DNA of 64,000 nucleotides from a virus (IMGVR_UViG_3300030002_000007:1-64000); one strand, 5' to 3'. Positions 1 through 10,004 are shown, counted from the stretch's first letter. Made by a program: numbers and translations. Notes: a model not told the origin generated them from the letters alone.

Positions 1-124
1 GATCGTGATGGTGGAACTCGCGGGAACCTAAGCCGGGGGAGCGAGAGTACCCTGCACCCAACGAGGCCGTCGTCAGGTGATGCACTTGTGCATTGACTTC
101 AGCGTCGAAATCGGAGTCTTCTTC

Positions 125-1621
125 TCACTCTTCGCCGTCGGGCCTCTGTTGCTCGGTCTCGCCCTTCAGCTTGTTCAATGCAAGAGTCAAATCTTTGTCC
201 GTACTGAGATCACGGAGCAACGTGTCCTTGTCGATGTTAGCAGCGGCCATCCACATCTTCATAGGGATCGGCACACCCTTGTCTGATGCCTTGTCCAACA
301 TGTCGAACATCGTGTCCTCTTGCTTGGCTTCCAACCCCTTGTGCCAGATCAGCTGAGGCATCTTCAGGTTGCCAGAGTTGTTGGCATTGAACAGGAAGTC
401 CAGTGGATTCTGCGTAGCCTTGGCTTTGGCTTTGTCTTTGAACAGGCCGTTGGTCACAGCGATCAGAGGGAACACGCGACGGTAGAACACCTGCGAAGTC
501 AGGTGCGACCGATAGCCGTTGCAAGTCTCGAGGAACGTTGAGTAGGCAGACTCGGCAGATGCGAACGATGCGTCACCAGACAGCAATGCCTCAGAGATGC
601 CCAAGGCTCGCAGCTTGTAGGCCACCATAATGTCGGCCATGTCTGTCCATTTGAAGAAGTCGCCAGCAGCACGAATGTCTTGCACTTGGACGGCGTTACG
701 AGTAGCAACCCAACCACCTAGAGGGTCGGCCTCTGATGCTTGGAACATCTGCACCAAGGACGTAAGCTCTTCCGAAGTCGGTGTCCATGTCTCGTCACCA
801 GCTTGCAAGTGGGTGGTCGCTCTTTGGCGTTTCGTGGCTTCAACCAACGTACCCCGGAACATCGTCTTCTCGATCAGATACATCGGGAGGACGCGATGGA
901 GGTACGAAGTGTACGCTCTGTCTGTCAGGCCGCGACGAGCAATGAACATCGTCGTGACTGGGTCGAGTGTGAAGCTTCCTTCCTTCAGAGTGCGAACGAA
1001 GTCTTGAGGCATCGACCTCATGTACTTCTTCGCGTAAGTAGAATGCGAAGCCATGAAGGCCTGCACCGTAGCAGCCACGTTGACCGTGATTGCCGGATCG
1101 ATGTTGTAGAACGGCGACGGAACAACTGAGCATTGCAGGGCGTCATGGATCAGTGTGTCAATGAATGCGCGAGCCTTGGCATCGTAGATCAGACTGCCGC
1201 AGAAGAAGCCGTCGACCAAGTAGGCGATGGAGAGCTCAGGCATCATCTGCCGAAGGTTCAGGCGCTCCAATGTAGAATTGAAGGGAATGAGTTCAGTCTC
1301 TTCCAAGCCCCGTAGTTCCCAGTCGGAGAACGGAAACACTGACTGGATATCAACCGAAGAGCCCGCTGTCGAATCAAGGAGGTAGCAATCCCGATAGAAC
1401 AGTGCGAGTGAGGAGCTGTCCGTGTTGCGCGGATCGGCCGGAAGGATCCCGGTCATGGTGTAGTTGTATTGCGACTGCATGGTCAGGTTCGTGCTGGTGG
1501 AGTGCATCCCACCCACGTCGGCAAACAGGCCATTGCGTTTGCCTGTGACCTGTGATTTTGGTGGAGGCGCTGTGCGCACTCCAGAAGAACTGACGCCGAG
1601 GATCTTGTTGCTCGTGAACAT
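125..1621 (-). CDS. Probable portal protein
   Basis: 498 aa near the terminase; portal-like C-terminal half (KLRALGISEALLSGDASFASAE..., helical stem segments flanking a clip-like region at about residues 267-311). The frame stays open past the TGA. Confidence 0.65.
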   Translation of the reverse strand: MFTSNKILGVSSSGVRTAPPPKSQVTGKRNGLFADVGGMHSTSTNLTMQSQYNYTMTGILPADPRNTDSSSLALFYRDCYLLDSTAGSSVDIQSVFPFSDWELRGLEETELIPFNSTLERLNLRQMMPELSIAYLVDGFFCGSLIYDAKARAFIDTLIHDALQCSVVPSPFYNIDPAITVNVAATVQAFMASHSTYAKKYMRSMPQDFVRTLKEGSFTLDPVTTMFIARRGLTDRAYTSYLHRVLPMYLIEKTMFRGTLVEATKRQRATTHLQAGDETWTPTSEELTSLVQMFQASEADPLGGWVATRNAVQVQDIRAAGDFFKWTDMADIMVAYKLRALGISEALLSGDASFASAESAYSTFLETCNGYRSHLTSQVFYRRVFPLIAVTNGLFKDKAKAKATQNPLDFLFNANNSGNLKMPQLIWHKGLEAKQEDTMFDMLDKASDKGVPIPMKMWMAAANIDKDTLLRDLSTDKDLTLALNKLKGETEQQRPDGEE

Positions 1622-1634
1622 ACCTACACCTCAA

Positions 1635-2042
1635 TCAAAAAGGGGCTACACATAAACTGAACAGGCAACGCAGTACGTGAGTACCAGTGTGGGCCCTAGA
1701 AGCAAACTTGGATGGAACCCTACTCGACAACCGCCAGCATGAAAGGTGTCCATACCGATCAGGGTACTTTAGACACAGACGCTCTAGGTTCGACAACTCT
1801 TTGGAAAGTTCCATGTCGGCTTCAATACGGAAGCGTACTTCGGCCTCACGCAAAGTATTACCTTCAACCATGACTGAAAACTCCGGAGGATACACCACTT
1901 TTGAATCTTGGCGATAGGAGGGTATCGTATCACCCACCCAAGAACTTATCTGTACATGTGGATGCTTAGTCTTGAAATCACCGAGCACCTTCATGACTAC
2001 GGTCTCTTCGTCCTCAACAACCTCTGCGATAGCTAACGACAC
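1635..2042 (-). CDS. Hypothetical protein
   Basis: 135-aa ORF tiling the operon; GGAG upstream of the GTG start. Confidence 0.55.
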   Translation of the reverse strand: MSLAIAEVVEDEETVVMKVLGDFKTKHPHVQISSWVGDTIPSYRQDSKVVYPPEFSVMVEGNTLREAEVRFRIEADMELSKELSNLERLCLKYPDRYGHLSCWRLSSRVPSKFASRAHTGTHVLRCLFSLCVAPF

Positions 2043-2053
2043 TTTACTACTCC

Positions 2054-2515
2054 CTAACCTTTATTTACGTGAGAATACCGATTGTGATCTGCGCTGCGAA
2101 AGGCCATGCGGATGATCAAGTTCGAAGCTACGTCCTCGTCAAGATCGAACCGACGCGACGCCTGCACTGAATGTACTTTGCCCGTCAATAGGGCTCCTGA
2201 CTTTGAGAAGTTTTCGGTGACTAGAAGAACACCAATGCCTTTCGGAATCTGGTCTTGCACTTTCGCATACGTCACCTTCGACATAACGAAAGACATGCGA
2301 TGGCAGTAGTCCAGATAGTCTGCCCACTTAACGTCACTGAAAAAATCACGGGCAGAACTTTTGATTTCAAGGAGGTGAAGATCACCACGCATGGACAGAC
2401 ACAAGCAATCAGCTCGAAGCCTCCCTCTGCGATTCAACCCCACCTCACTATGTACGCACATTCTCTTCTTGACGAAGAACCGAACGGCTGCAGCTTTTAG
2501 GTATTGAGCATCCAT
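2054..2515 (-). CDS. MmcB-family (PD-(D/E)xK) DNA repair endonuclease-like protein
   Basis: RADCLCL...LLEIKSS-x-x-DF-x-SD-x-KW-x-DYLDYC pattern typical of MmcB. Confidence 0.75.
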   Translation of the reverse strand: MDAQYLKAAAVRFFVKKRMCVHSEVGLNRRGRLRADCLCLSMRGDLHLLEIKSSARDFFSDVKWADYLDYCHRMSFVMSKVTYAKVQDQIPKGIGVLLVTENFSKSGALLTGKVHSVQASRRFDLDEDVASNLIIRMAFRSADHNRYSHVNKG

Positions 2516-2524
2516 GCAGTGTAT

Positions 2525-2911
2525 TTACAGGGAGCGTCGAATCTTCAGGAAATCCCTGCGCGGCATCAGGATCAACAGCGTGTCCATGTCCACGGGCTTG
2601 AGCACGCAGGTCATGAGTTCGAAGACGCGGCTGTGCGGGGAATCGAGAGATTGTCCTTCGCCGGACACGATCGAGTATTCACCGATGTGCTCTTCGTGAC
2701 CCTTGTGGAGCAACTGGAGAAGTCGCTCAGTGAGGTCGGCGGCGTTGATGTTCAAGAGGCAACCGGGGAACGACGAGCCATGGAACGGAATGTCTTTGAC
2801 AGGACCCGTCTCGTGCAGCTTGGTCATCAGCTCCTTGACGACTTCCATAGGAGGCTTCGTCAGGTCCATGTAGTACGCGGCCCTAAGCCGATCAGCAGCT
2901 TCGATCTTCAT
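2525..2911 (-). CDS. Hypothetical protein with N-terminal IEAADRLRA motif (possible virion protein)
   Basis: AAGGA upstream; shares the N-terminal motif with four other proteins. Confidence 0.6.
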   Translation of the reverse strand: MKIEAADRLRAAYYMDLTKPPMEVVKELMTKLHETGPVKDIPFHGSSFPGCLLNINAADLTERLLQLLHKGHEEHIGEYSIVSGEGQSLDSPHSRVFELMTCVLKPVDMDTLLILMPRRDFLKIRRSL

Positions 2912-2925
2912 AATCAATCCTTAAA

Positions 2926-3504
2926 TCAACGACCCAAGAAGGCTCTCGAGTCTTCCTTAACCTTACCGTATTCGCGTTGAATGAATTCCGAGATCGAACC
3001 TCGGCTCTTCGCCAACACTTGCTTGTACGCTTTCCAATCATCGGGTGCCATGAAGTTCTTCGCATCCGCAGCGACAGACGCATACTCCTGAACGATGTGC
3101 ATACCAACGTCCAAGAAGGATGGGCGAATAATCTTCTCCACTAGGGAGTCGCCGATGGCTCCGCGATCCTGCATGTTCTGCAGATCGATCATCACTTCAC
3201 GCATGGATGAGATGAGTGAATTGAGCTGATACACACCCCGGGCGCCCTTGGTACGACGGATGGTCGCTTCAGCGTAGGGAATAGAATCGATGATCGTCTG
3301 CAAGCTCTTCTTGTAGATCAGTGCTGTCGCCGAATCATTGTCGCCCACTTCGAGCAACTGTTGAATGGCTTCGGCGCTGTCACCAAGGATAGAACGCATC
3401 TTGCCGACGTTCTTCAGCTTGGAAATCTTGTCCCGCACCTCACGCTTGGCGGGAAGCGAAGAGGCAATAGTAGCGGGCAAGTGGCGAGGGAGATCTTTTT
3501 TCAT
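2926..3504 (-). CDS. Helical hypothetical protein (terminase small subunit is possible but unproven)
   Basis: 192-aa ORF in the packaging region; no diagnostic motif. Confidence 0.55.
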   Translation of the reverse strand: MKKDLPRHLPATIASSLPAKREVRDKISKLKNVGKMRSILGDSAEAIQQLLEVGDNDSATALIYKKSLQTIIDSIPYAEATIRRTKGARGVYQLNSLISSMREVMIDLQNMQDRGAIGDSLVEKIIRPSFLDVGMHIVQEYASVAADAKNFMAPDDWKAYKQVLAKSRGSISEFIQREYGKVKEDSRAFLGR

Positions 3505-3509
3505 TTTGA

Positions 3510-3794
3510 TTATATCGTGAGGCTCAGCGGAGGAAGCTTGGAGGCATCGCCGTCCGTTGCTTCGTCGACGGTCTCAGCGTCCTTGATCGGAAGGACGATA
3601 CGGCAAGGGATGCAGGAGATGACAGGATCTTCGTCGAGGAACACTTCTTCCATCGGCGACTGACAGTCAGGGCACAGGCCTTGACCTGCAACCTCTGCGC
3701 TCATGTCGATCTTTGCGGTCACTGTCTTCGATGTATCGCTTGATGCCTGTAGCTTGGACGGTGCGGCAAATGCTTGGGGGATTCGTACAGCCAT
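3510..3794 (-). CDS. Small zinc-ribbon protein
   Basis: CPDC...CIPC; AGGAG RBS. Confidence 0.65.
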   Translation of the reverse strand: MAVRIPQAFAAPSKLQASSDTSKTVTAKIDMSAEVAGQGLCPDCQSPMEEVFLDEDPVISCIPCRIVLPIKDAETVDEATDGDASKLPPLSLTI

Positions 3795-3804
3795 TTCATT
3801 ACTC

Positions 3805-4041
3805 CTAAAGCATGTTGAGGTTGACGTTGTTGCCCTTCAATGCATCCCGGACAGCAACCAAAGCCTCGAGGGTTCCTTTGGCCGCCCAGTAGGAAGGAGC
3901 GACCGTGGGGTTGTGCTTTTCCTTCTCTAGCGAATGGAGAAGTCTTTCTTTGTCAGTGATCAGAGCATTGATCTTTGCGAGTACTGCCTTCGGAGAGCCT
4001 GCGGTCAATCGAGTAGCAGCGTTGATGCGCGTCTCAGTCAT
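3805..4041 (-). CDS. Small protein with INAATRLTA N-terminal motif
   Basis: Overlaps the upstream stop; shared motif. Confidence 0.65.
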   Translation of the reverse strand: MTETRINAATRLTAGSPKAVLAKINALITDKERLLHSLEKEKHNPTVAPSYWAAKGTLEALVAVRDALKGNNVNLNML

Positions 4042-5203
4042 GATCGAACTCGGTGTAGTAGACAGGCTTGCCCACCTTCTGCGTCAACTCTTTGGAAGCT
4101 GGCTTGTCGTAGGAGAAGCGACGAGTACTGAATCGATACCCGGTACCGAAACCTGACGGCGTGAGATCGAAGCTCCTACCCTGCTGGAGAATGCCTACAT
4201 ACTTCTCCATCTCTTGCGGGAGGACATTCCGAGCAGTAGGTCCGAAGTTGAATGTTGCACCATTGGCTTTGCGATGCGCCGTAGCTTCACGCGTCTTCTG
4301 TACTCGAGTGATGCAACCCTTGATCGTCGAACCGATGTGACCGTACGTCAAGCCAGATGAGCCGTCGTCGATACCGCTACGTTCGTAGGTGTACCACTGG
4401 GGATCAGAAGCGTCGAGCTTGAAGTACGGCTTGATGGATCCCCCAACTGAGATGAATCCCCCACCCGGATTGTAAACCAGTACGAGGTCGGGGCTTGCAG
4501 CCATCCAGCCTTTGTTCTTGTTCAGGTAGTAAGGATCAACGCCGAGGGGATCGCCTGACACTTCACTGAGTTTGAAGCCCTTGCTCTCCAGCTTCTTCAT
4601 CTCTGTCAGGACTGCGGCCTGCCCCGCTTTAGGGTCAGTCTCCCAGTCAACATTGAGATGGTGCCGGTCACTCATCTCGTCGTAGTCCTCTTTGAGCTTC
4701 TTGCAAATGTACGCCCACGAAGAGTTCAGCAGTGGCATGACTTTGAGCAGACCTTCCACGAAGACGTAGGTCCCGGGCACTGTGTGCTTGCCCGAGGGCT
4801 TCGACTTGAGTAGGATCGTGTAGGCCTTTATCAGAGTATCGAGGTTCTTTAGTCCCACTCCTCTACGCGCTCTTGGCCCGAAGAACTCCAAGAGGGTTGA
4901 AGCATATTCGTCTTCATCGTCTTTGCCTGAGTCAACGATGGCTTTGCAGATATAACGCAAGGTGTGACTCTGTCCGGAGACTACGTTATAAAGCTCGACA
5001 TTGCCGATCTTCTGATTCCAGAACGCGTGGGTCTTGCGATCCTGCTGATTGTCCCTGAAGTTGAAGATGAAGTTGTACGTGTCGAACTTCAGGTGCGACC
5101 ACAGCGCGAGAATCTTCTCAGCCTCTGCTACTTGAGGCGGTGTGAATTTCGCTACTAGCTGCGTAGCTTTAAGGCGTGAGGCTGCATTGATCTCGATCTT
5201 CAC
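4034..5203 (-). CDS. Hypothetical protein with INAASRLKA N-terminal motif (possible head-internal protein)
   Basis: Start re-called at GTG 5203 (AAGGAG upstream, GTGA overlap with the RuvC-like stop). Confidence 0.65.
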   Translation of the reverse strand: MKIEINAASRLKATQLVAKFTPPQVAEAEKILALWSHLKFDTYNFIFNFRDNQQDRKTHAFWNQKIGNVELYNVVSGQSHTLRYICKAIVDSGKDDEDEYASTLLEFFGPRARRGVGLKNLDTLIKAYTILLKSKPSGKHTVPGTYVFVEGLLKVMPLLNSSWAYICKKLKEDYDEMSDRHHLNVDWETDPKAGQAAVLTEMKKLESKGFKLSEVSGDPLGVDPYYLNKNKGWMAASPDLVLVYNPGGGFISVGGSIKPYFKLDASDPQWYTYERSGIDDGSSGLTYGHIGSTIKGCITRVQKTREATAHRKANGATFNFGPTARNVLPQEMEKYVGILQQGRSFDLTPSGFGTGYRFSTRRFSYDKPASKELTQKVGKPVYYTEFDHD

Positions 5204-5853
5204 TTTCTCTTCTCCTTGATGATGCGCAGAGGCAAGCATGATGTGTTCTCCACTTGCTTGATGATTTGTTTGGGAGTGTAGTGCAGCTGACGCTTCAGTC
5301 CAAACTCGAGGCCATACACCCCGATCAGCGAAGCATCGAACGGGTGTGGGGCGGTCTTGACGCAAGGATACACGAGCTTCAGGTCAAGCTTCTCTGCCTC
5401 GGGGTACATGTCGCCCAGCTCTTCTTGGAAGCGGCGATTGAACGCATTCTTCCAAGTCGATGCAGTGATAGCACGGATGGGCAAGTGAGAGTACATACCG
5501 CCTAGAAGGCCGATCATGGAGGACACTAGCTCGATCAACGGACCACCGTTGCCTCTTGTCTGGAACCTTTCAATCACGATAGCGTGAGGCTCGAAGTGAT
5601 TGATCCACCGCGAGATCTCTGCCAAGAACACATGCCTCAGACTGTTGAACTCAACCATGCTGTTCAAGGGAGCCGTGAGCACCGAGTTGGCAAGGACTAC
5701 AGGCTTGTTGTCCTTCATGCCGACGCACGCGATACCGAAATGCTTCGAGCCCGGATCGAGAGAAAGCACACGCAGTTTGGGCAGGGCTCCGAGCTTAGGG
5801 AGTGTGTACTCTGCGTTGGGTTTTGCTGCCTTCTTCTTTTTCCGGGCGACCAT
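5200..5853 (-). CDS. RuvC-like Holliday junction resolvase
   Basis: VLSLDPG...FGIA, AIVIERFQ, STWK, HPFDA acidic catalytic pattern. Confidence 0.8.
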   Translation of the reverse strand: MVARKKKKAAKPNAEYTLPKLGALPKLRVLSLDPGSKHFGIACVGMKDNKPVVLANSVLTAPLNSMVEFNSLRHVFLAEISRWINHFEPHAIVIERFQTRGNGGPLIELVSSMIGLLGGMYSHLPIRAITASTWKNAFNRRFQEELGDMYPEAEKLDLKLVYPCVKTAPHPFDASLIGVYGLEFGLKRQLHYTPKQIIKQVENTSCLPLRIIKEKRK

Positions 5854-5858
5854 GAGGA

Positions 5859-6488
5859 TTACAGATCCGAGACGTTGTCGACAGTTGCGAGTTGCAGGAT
5901 GTTGGTGTCCGGCATGGAGAAGCTCGTTGAGGTGGAGATCATCAAAGGCCAGCTGCCGTCCTCACGCGCAAAGACAGTAGCCTTGCCGTTTTTCCCATGC
6001 TTGCGCCAACCGAGCTTCTTCAGGACACCGGGCATTGCAGCAGTATGACTGGAGCTCATTGCTATCGCGATGATCTTTCCCTTGCGCACCAAGCGAACAT
6101 CTTCTTTCGCCGGATCGCCGGTGCCGTCCTTAGTGAAGACGCGCTTGATCTCTTTGTATAGAGACCGCGTGCACTTCTCGTGGGTCTTGAAGTCGATGCC
6201 GGATTGCAACTGCTTGGAGGCTGACGCGTCGGAGATAGGATGCAGGTCCTTAGCTTCGTACCCACTCTTGGTGGTACCCTCTTCATCCTTAAAGCGGGCA
6301 GGTATTCCTGAGTGCTTCGGATTTGCATCCCACTTGACCGGATACACAGTAACCGGCTTTCCGCCTAGGGTGATAGAGATCCCACCGGAAGCTACAGTAC
6401 CTTTGAAGTCAGTGCCTTTGAAAGAGACACGGTCGCCCTTGTTAATGGATGCAGCACGCAACCGTGTCGCGGCATTGATTTGAACCAT
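5859..6488 (-). CDS. Hypothetical protein with INAATRLRA N-terminal motif
   Basis: AGGAGG RBS; shared motif; CTAATTTCAT element upstream. Confidence 0.7.
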   Translation of the reverse strand: MVQINAATRLRAASINKGDRVSFKGTDFKGTVASGGISITLGGKPVTVYPVKWDANPKHSGIPARFKDEEGTTKSGYEAKDLHPISDASASKQLQSGIDFKTHEKCTRSLYKEIKRVFTKDGTGDPAKEDVRLVRKGKIIAIAMSSSHTAAMPGVLKKLGWRKHGKNGKATVFAREDGSWPLMISTSTSFSMPDTNILQLATVDNVSDL

Positions 6489-6532
6489 GACTCGTACCTC
6501 CTGTGTTTGTGTAGAATGAAATTAGCACTACA

Positions 6533-6796
6533 CTAGGTGCAACAGTTGCCACCCCGACTATGGAAACCAGATGGAGGCTTCACCTCATAGACGTCAAACT
6601 TACCACAGCGAGCGCATTCTCCGATAGCCTCAGTGGGCCAGTACTTCACACATCGCGGTGCATGCCTTACGTCGAAGCCTTCAGCGTAGCGAACGAAGCG
6701 GAAGAGGTGACCCTTCTTACGGCAAGCCTCGCGAATATGGATGTCCGCACCTTGCACGTTGAGCAGCCGACGTAATGGCGCCTTACTTCTTCCCAT
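6533..6796 (-). CDS. Small Cys-rich hypothetical protein
   Basis: CxxxGH and CARC motifs; overlaps the GNAT gene end. Confidence 0.5.
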   Translation of the reverse strand: MGRSKAPLRRLLNVQGADIHIREACRKKGHLFRFVRYAEGFDVRHAPRCVKYWPTEAIGECARCGKFDVYEVKPPSGFHSRGGNCCT

Positions 6797-7229
6797 GACT
6801 TTCCCCTTTCCCTTTCTTGGGCACAGCGTATTCGTAAAGAACCATCGTCTTCACTCGACCTTGCTTGGCCATGACCTTTTGCATAGCCTTGTTGGTGTGG
6901 TGCGTGCCGCCCTGTATCTTACCGAGTCCCGCAGCTTTGGCGATAGCAACAGCACGCTTCCACAGCTCAGAGTAGATGCCCTGCTTCCTGTAGCCTTTGG
7001 ACACGTACCCGAGTACGACCAAGAGGCTGTTACCCCACTCCTGAATATCGTACAAGAGCACACCAACAATGCGCCCCTTGTGTTCCGCGACTATGGCCTG
7101 CTGGTCGTAGCTGAAAGACACAGATTGATGATTGTGGCCTTTGTCAGTCAGCTCGATCATGGCTCGAAAGTAGTAGTCGACTACGGGCGTGTTGTTGCAG
7201 CGTGCAACCTTAGTGTATTGAATCTTCAT
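6783..7229 (-). CDS. GNAT-family acetyltransferase
   Basis: Motif A YVSKGYRKQGIYSEL and motif B HTNKAMQK. Confidence 0.8.
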   Translation of the reverse strand: MKIQYTKVARCNNTPVVDYYFRAMIELTDKGHNHQSVSFSYDQQAIVAEHKGRIVGVLLYDIQEWGNSLLVVLGYVSKGYRKQGIYSELWKRAVAIAKAAGLGKIQGGTHHTNKAMQKVMAKQGRVKTMVLYEYAVPKKGKGESHGKK

Positions 7230-9316
7230 CGCATACTCCTTCCGGCAAAAGCGGGCATCGGCATTTTTGGTCTTAGGGTGTCATCTACGAGCACAGCATT
7301 TTTGAGTCTCTCCATTATTTTTGGCTCGTGCACAAGGACCTGAAGAACCAGAGCCCTAAAGATATCATCGGTAAAGCCCTCGCCCTTGCCCGGACATTGA
7401 GTGGGCCCAAGCTCTCGCACCGTCAGCATCTGCAAGACCAAATGTTGGATAGGCTTGCCATTCAACAACCTGAAGTCAATGACTGAGCCATCAAGCACTG
7501 CCTCGAACTGTTCCTTGCTGATACGAGGGAAGTGCATGTTCATGCTTTCCATCATAGCGACAAGAACGTCGAAGTGTTTGCGTCTCGGAGAGAACTGCTT
7601 GGTCAGACATCTAGGCTTGCCATCTACTAGCTTGCCCATATCTTCCATAGCACGGTGCAGAATATCCAATGACTGCCATTGGTCTGCAAGAAGACATACT
7701 GCGTGGAGATCCTTGCAAACAGGGAGGATCACCTGCTGGTACATCTTGTTGAAGTCGATCTTCCGGCCTTCGTGAGGCATGCACTCCAGTACCGTTGACA
7801 CTTCGGTCTGGTGAGTATCGAAGTTGTAGTGCGCAGCTGTGAGGCAGAACGAGTTGTTCACCGAGCCTGCGTCTATCGTTACTACTGAGGGGAACGGACA
7901 GGCACGAAGCTTCTGCACCTTAGCGTAGAGCATGCCCGGTTGGTCGTAGCAGTACGTCATCTCGTGCGTAGGTATCTGATCGAACAACTCGAACTTGACC
8001 GTTGATCGTCCGATGAACGCAGAGTGCACCCTAGGTGGATTGGCCCCGAAGTCGCGCTCTGCCTTTTCCGGATTGGTCGCGTAGGCTAGAGCGATCAAAG
8101 GTGTATCTCTGTGAAGCGTTGGGTTGACCTTCCATGTCGGCAACTGAATACCGAGGATGTACTTCTCGCCTTCAGGCGTCTTGGCATCGCCCAATCGACG
8201 CATGACCTTATCGCGGATGCTGATCGGAGAGGACACACCTAGCATCAAGGCGGGAGGCGCATTGATCCCTTCCTTCAGCAGATCGATGTTAATCGACTGC
8301 ACCGTAGCAAGGCTGTTGGTCAAGGACTTGTGCGCTTCATCCGCATTGGCTCGTGACGACTGCTCGTCTTCCTCTTCGTTACCCTTCGGTAAGGGAAACA
8401 AACCCAACTCGTCGATCACCGCAAAGATTCGTGAGTCGCCGCGAAGGATCGGGCCATTCGGATGTGTCGGGTAGAACTTCAAGTTCTTGTGAAAGTACTT
8501 GATGAACAGATCCTTCTTCCGGAAAAGTTCTACGCCATACTTCTCACCGTAGTGCGTCAGGAGTTCATGGTAGTTCTTGAACCAGTCGCTCTCGTCGATG
8601 ATGTTCATGTAAGGCGTCCACAGCAACGCCTCTGCCTTACTGAACGTCAGGGACACGAACGTGCCAGTGAGCTCCGTGGACTTCTGCATCGAATTCGGAG
8701 CCAAGCTTGCAAGCTTTGGGAACTTCAAGTAGCGATGGGTGAGGTAGGAGCAGTACGAGGCAGCACTTGAGGACTTTCCGGAACGCTGACCTAGGCAATT
8801 CACCAGCTCCTGATAGTTGTGCAGGTAGTGATTCGTAATCAGGTCATGCTTGGTGCGTTTGCACTTCGGGCACTTGCCGTTCTCGAGAACTTGCATGTGC
8901 TCAGTGATGCCTATCGAGGGCATTGCCTTATCGACGTTCTCGACAATGTAGCCTAGGTCGAACCACCGCTTGTCTGAGCAGCACGGACAGACTTCACCCA
9001 TGAGCATCAGGCCCGTCCACATCTGAATGACCCACGGAGGGTTGGCATCTTTGCCGATGATGTTGTACGCGTAGTCGTAGTAGTTCTTCGCCGATGCAAG
9101 GTCGCGGTCGTCGATCTTGAGGTCGCGGATCATCCCAGTGTCAGGGTCTTCCGCGTCATCCATCAAAGCGACAATGTCGAAGTCATCGACATACTTCGGA
9201 GCGTCTTCGTACTCTACCTCAACCTCGGAGCCAAAGGCAGCTAGCTCGGGGAAGAAATGCGCTTCCATCTCCGCCCTTGAAGGCTTTGCCTTCTTCTTAC
9301 CCTTCAACTGGGCCAT
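7226..9316 (-). CDS. terL: Terminase large subunit
   Basis: Walker A LGQRSGKS, Walker B AVIDE, VSSP coupling motif, nuclease TIDAG...DQWQS...DDIFRA; N-terminal Cys pairs. Confidence 0.85.
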   Translation of the reverse strand: MAQLKGKKKAKPSRAEMEAHFFPELAAFGSEVEVEYEDAPKYVDDFDIVALMDDAEDPDTGMIRDLKIDDRDLASAKNYYDYAYNIIGKDANPPWVIQMWTGLMLMGEVCPCCSDKRWFDLGYIVENVDKAMPSIGITEHMQVLENGKCPKCKRTKHDLITNHYLHNYQELVNCLGQRSGKSSSAASYCSYLTHRYLKFPKLASLAPNSMQKSTELTGTFVSLTFSKAEALLWTPYMNIIDESDWFKNYHELLTHYGEKYGVELFRKKDLFIKYFHKNLKFYPTHPNGPILRGDSRIFAVIDELGLFPLPKGNEEEDEQSSRANADEAHKSLTNSLATVQSINIDLLKEGINAPPALMLGVSSPISIRDKVMRRLGDAKTPEGEKYILGIQLPTWKVNPTLHRDTPLIALAYATNPEKAERDFGANPPRVHSAFIGRSTVKFELFDQIPTHEMTYCYDQPGMLYAKVQKLRACPFPSVVTIDAGSVNNSFCLTAAHYNFDTHQTEVSTVLECMPHEGRKIDFNKMYQQVILPVCKDLHAVCLLADQWQSLDILHRAMEDMGKLVDGKPRCLTKQFSPRRKHFDVLVAMMESMNMHFPRISKEQFEAVLDGSVIDFRLLNGKPIQHLVLQMLTVRELGPTQCPGKGEGFTDDIFRALVLQVLVHEPKIMERLKNAVLVDDTLRPKMPMPAFAGRSMR

Positions 9317-9992
9317 TGTTCATGCCTCCATTCTGATCCAGCACCTGCTGCAGCTTACGCTTCAAGGCTCGCGTCTCTCTGCGATTGCCTGATTCACTCT
9401 CCGGCTCTTGCGGCACGTAAGGATCAGGGAACCTCTTCGGCTGTGAGGGGTTGGCCGCGGAAATGAGTTCACCAGTTGAATTCGCAGGGAGCTTGAGGAA
9501 CCGCTCGATGAAATGCGACATCTTGATGACTACAGCGTGGTGGGCCATCTTCTCAAACTTGACGAGGGTGGAAAGCTCCACCTCTGATCCAGTCACTGCC
9601 TTGATGGCCTCAGAGGCCTGAGACGCCCCAGCGCCAAGCGCCAACGTGAGTGGCGCGATTTCCTTGATAAAGAAATCGCGAACCGTTACTATGTTTTCCT
9701 TCAAGACAGGAGGCAAGGTTTTACCCAATGCCTCCGCGTACTGAATTGCTTCCTTGTTCTCAGGCTCCGGCTTGGTCGGGACTGCCTCCCGTTTCAAGCT
9801 GGCTATCTCGTCCTCAAACATGGAGAAGAAGAACCGCGAACGGTGCCGCTTCTTCAGGGTCGGGGCTACAGCCTTGACTGGAGCTATAGGAGTGGCAACG
9901 CGGCTCAACATATCGTCGATGCTCGCCTGCATTTCAGAAGGCTTCACGTCTTGAACTGCGACGCTCCTTCTCTTCATTGAACCGGTTGCCAT
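9297..9992 (-). CDS. Hypothetical protein
   Basis: 231-aa ORF, AGGAG RBS, overlaps the terL start. Confidence 0.6.
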   Translation of the reverse strand: MATGSMKRRSVAVQDVKPSEMQASIDDMLSRVATPIAPVKAVAPTLKKRHRSRFFFSMFEDEIASLKREAVPTKPEPENKEAIQYAEALGKTLPPVLKENIVTVRDFFIKEIAPLTLALGAGASQASEAIKAVTGSEVELSTLVKFEKMAHHAVVIKMSHFIERFLKLPANSTGELISAANPSQPKRFPDPYVPQEPESESGNRRETRALKRKLQQVLDQNGGMNNGPVEG

Positions 9993-10004
9993 GTCGTCTC
10001 CTAA

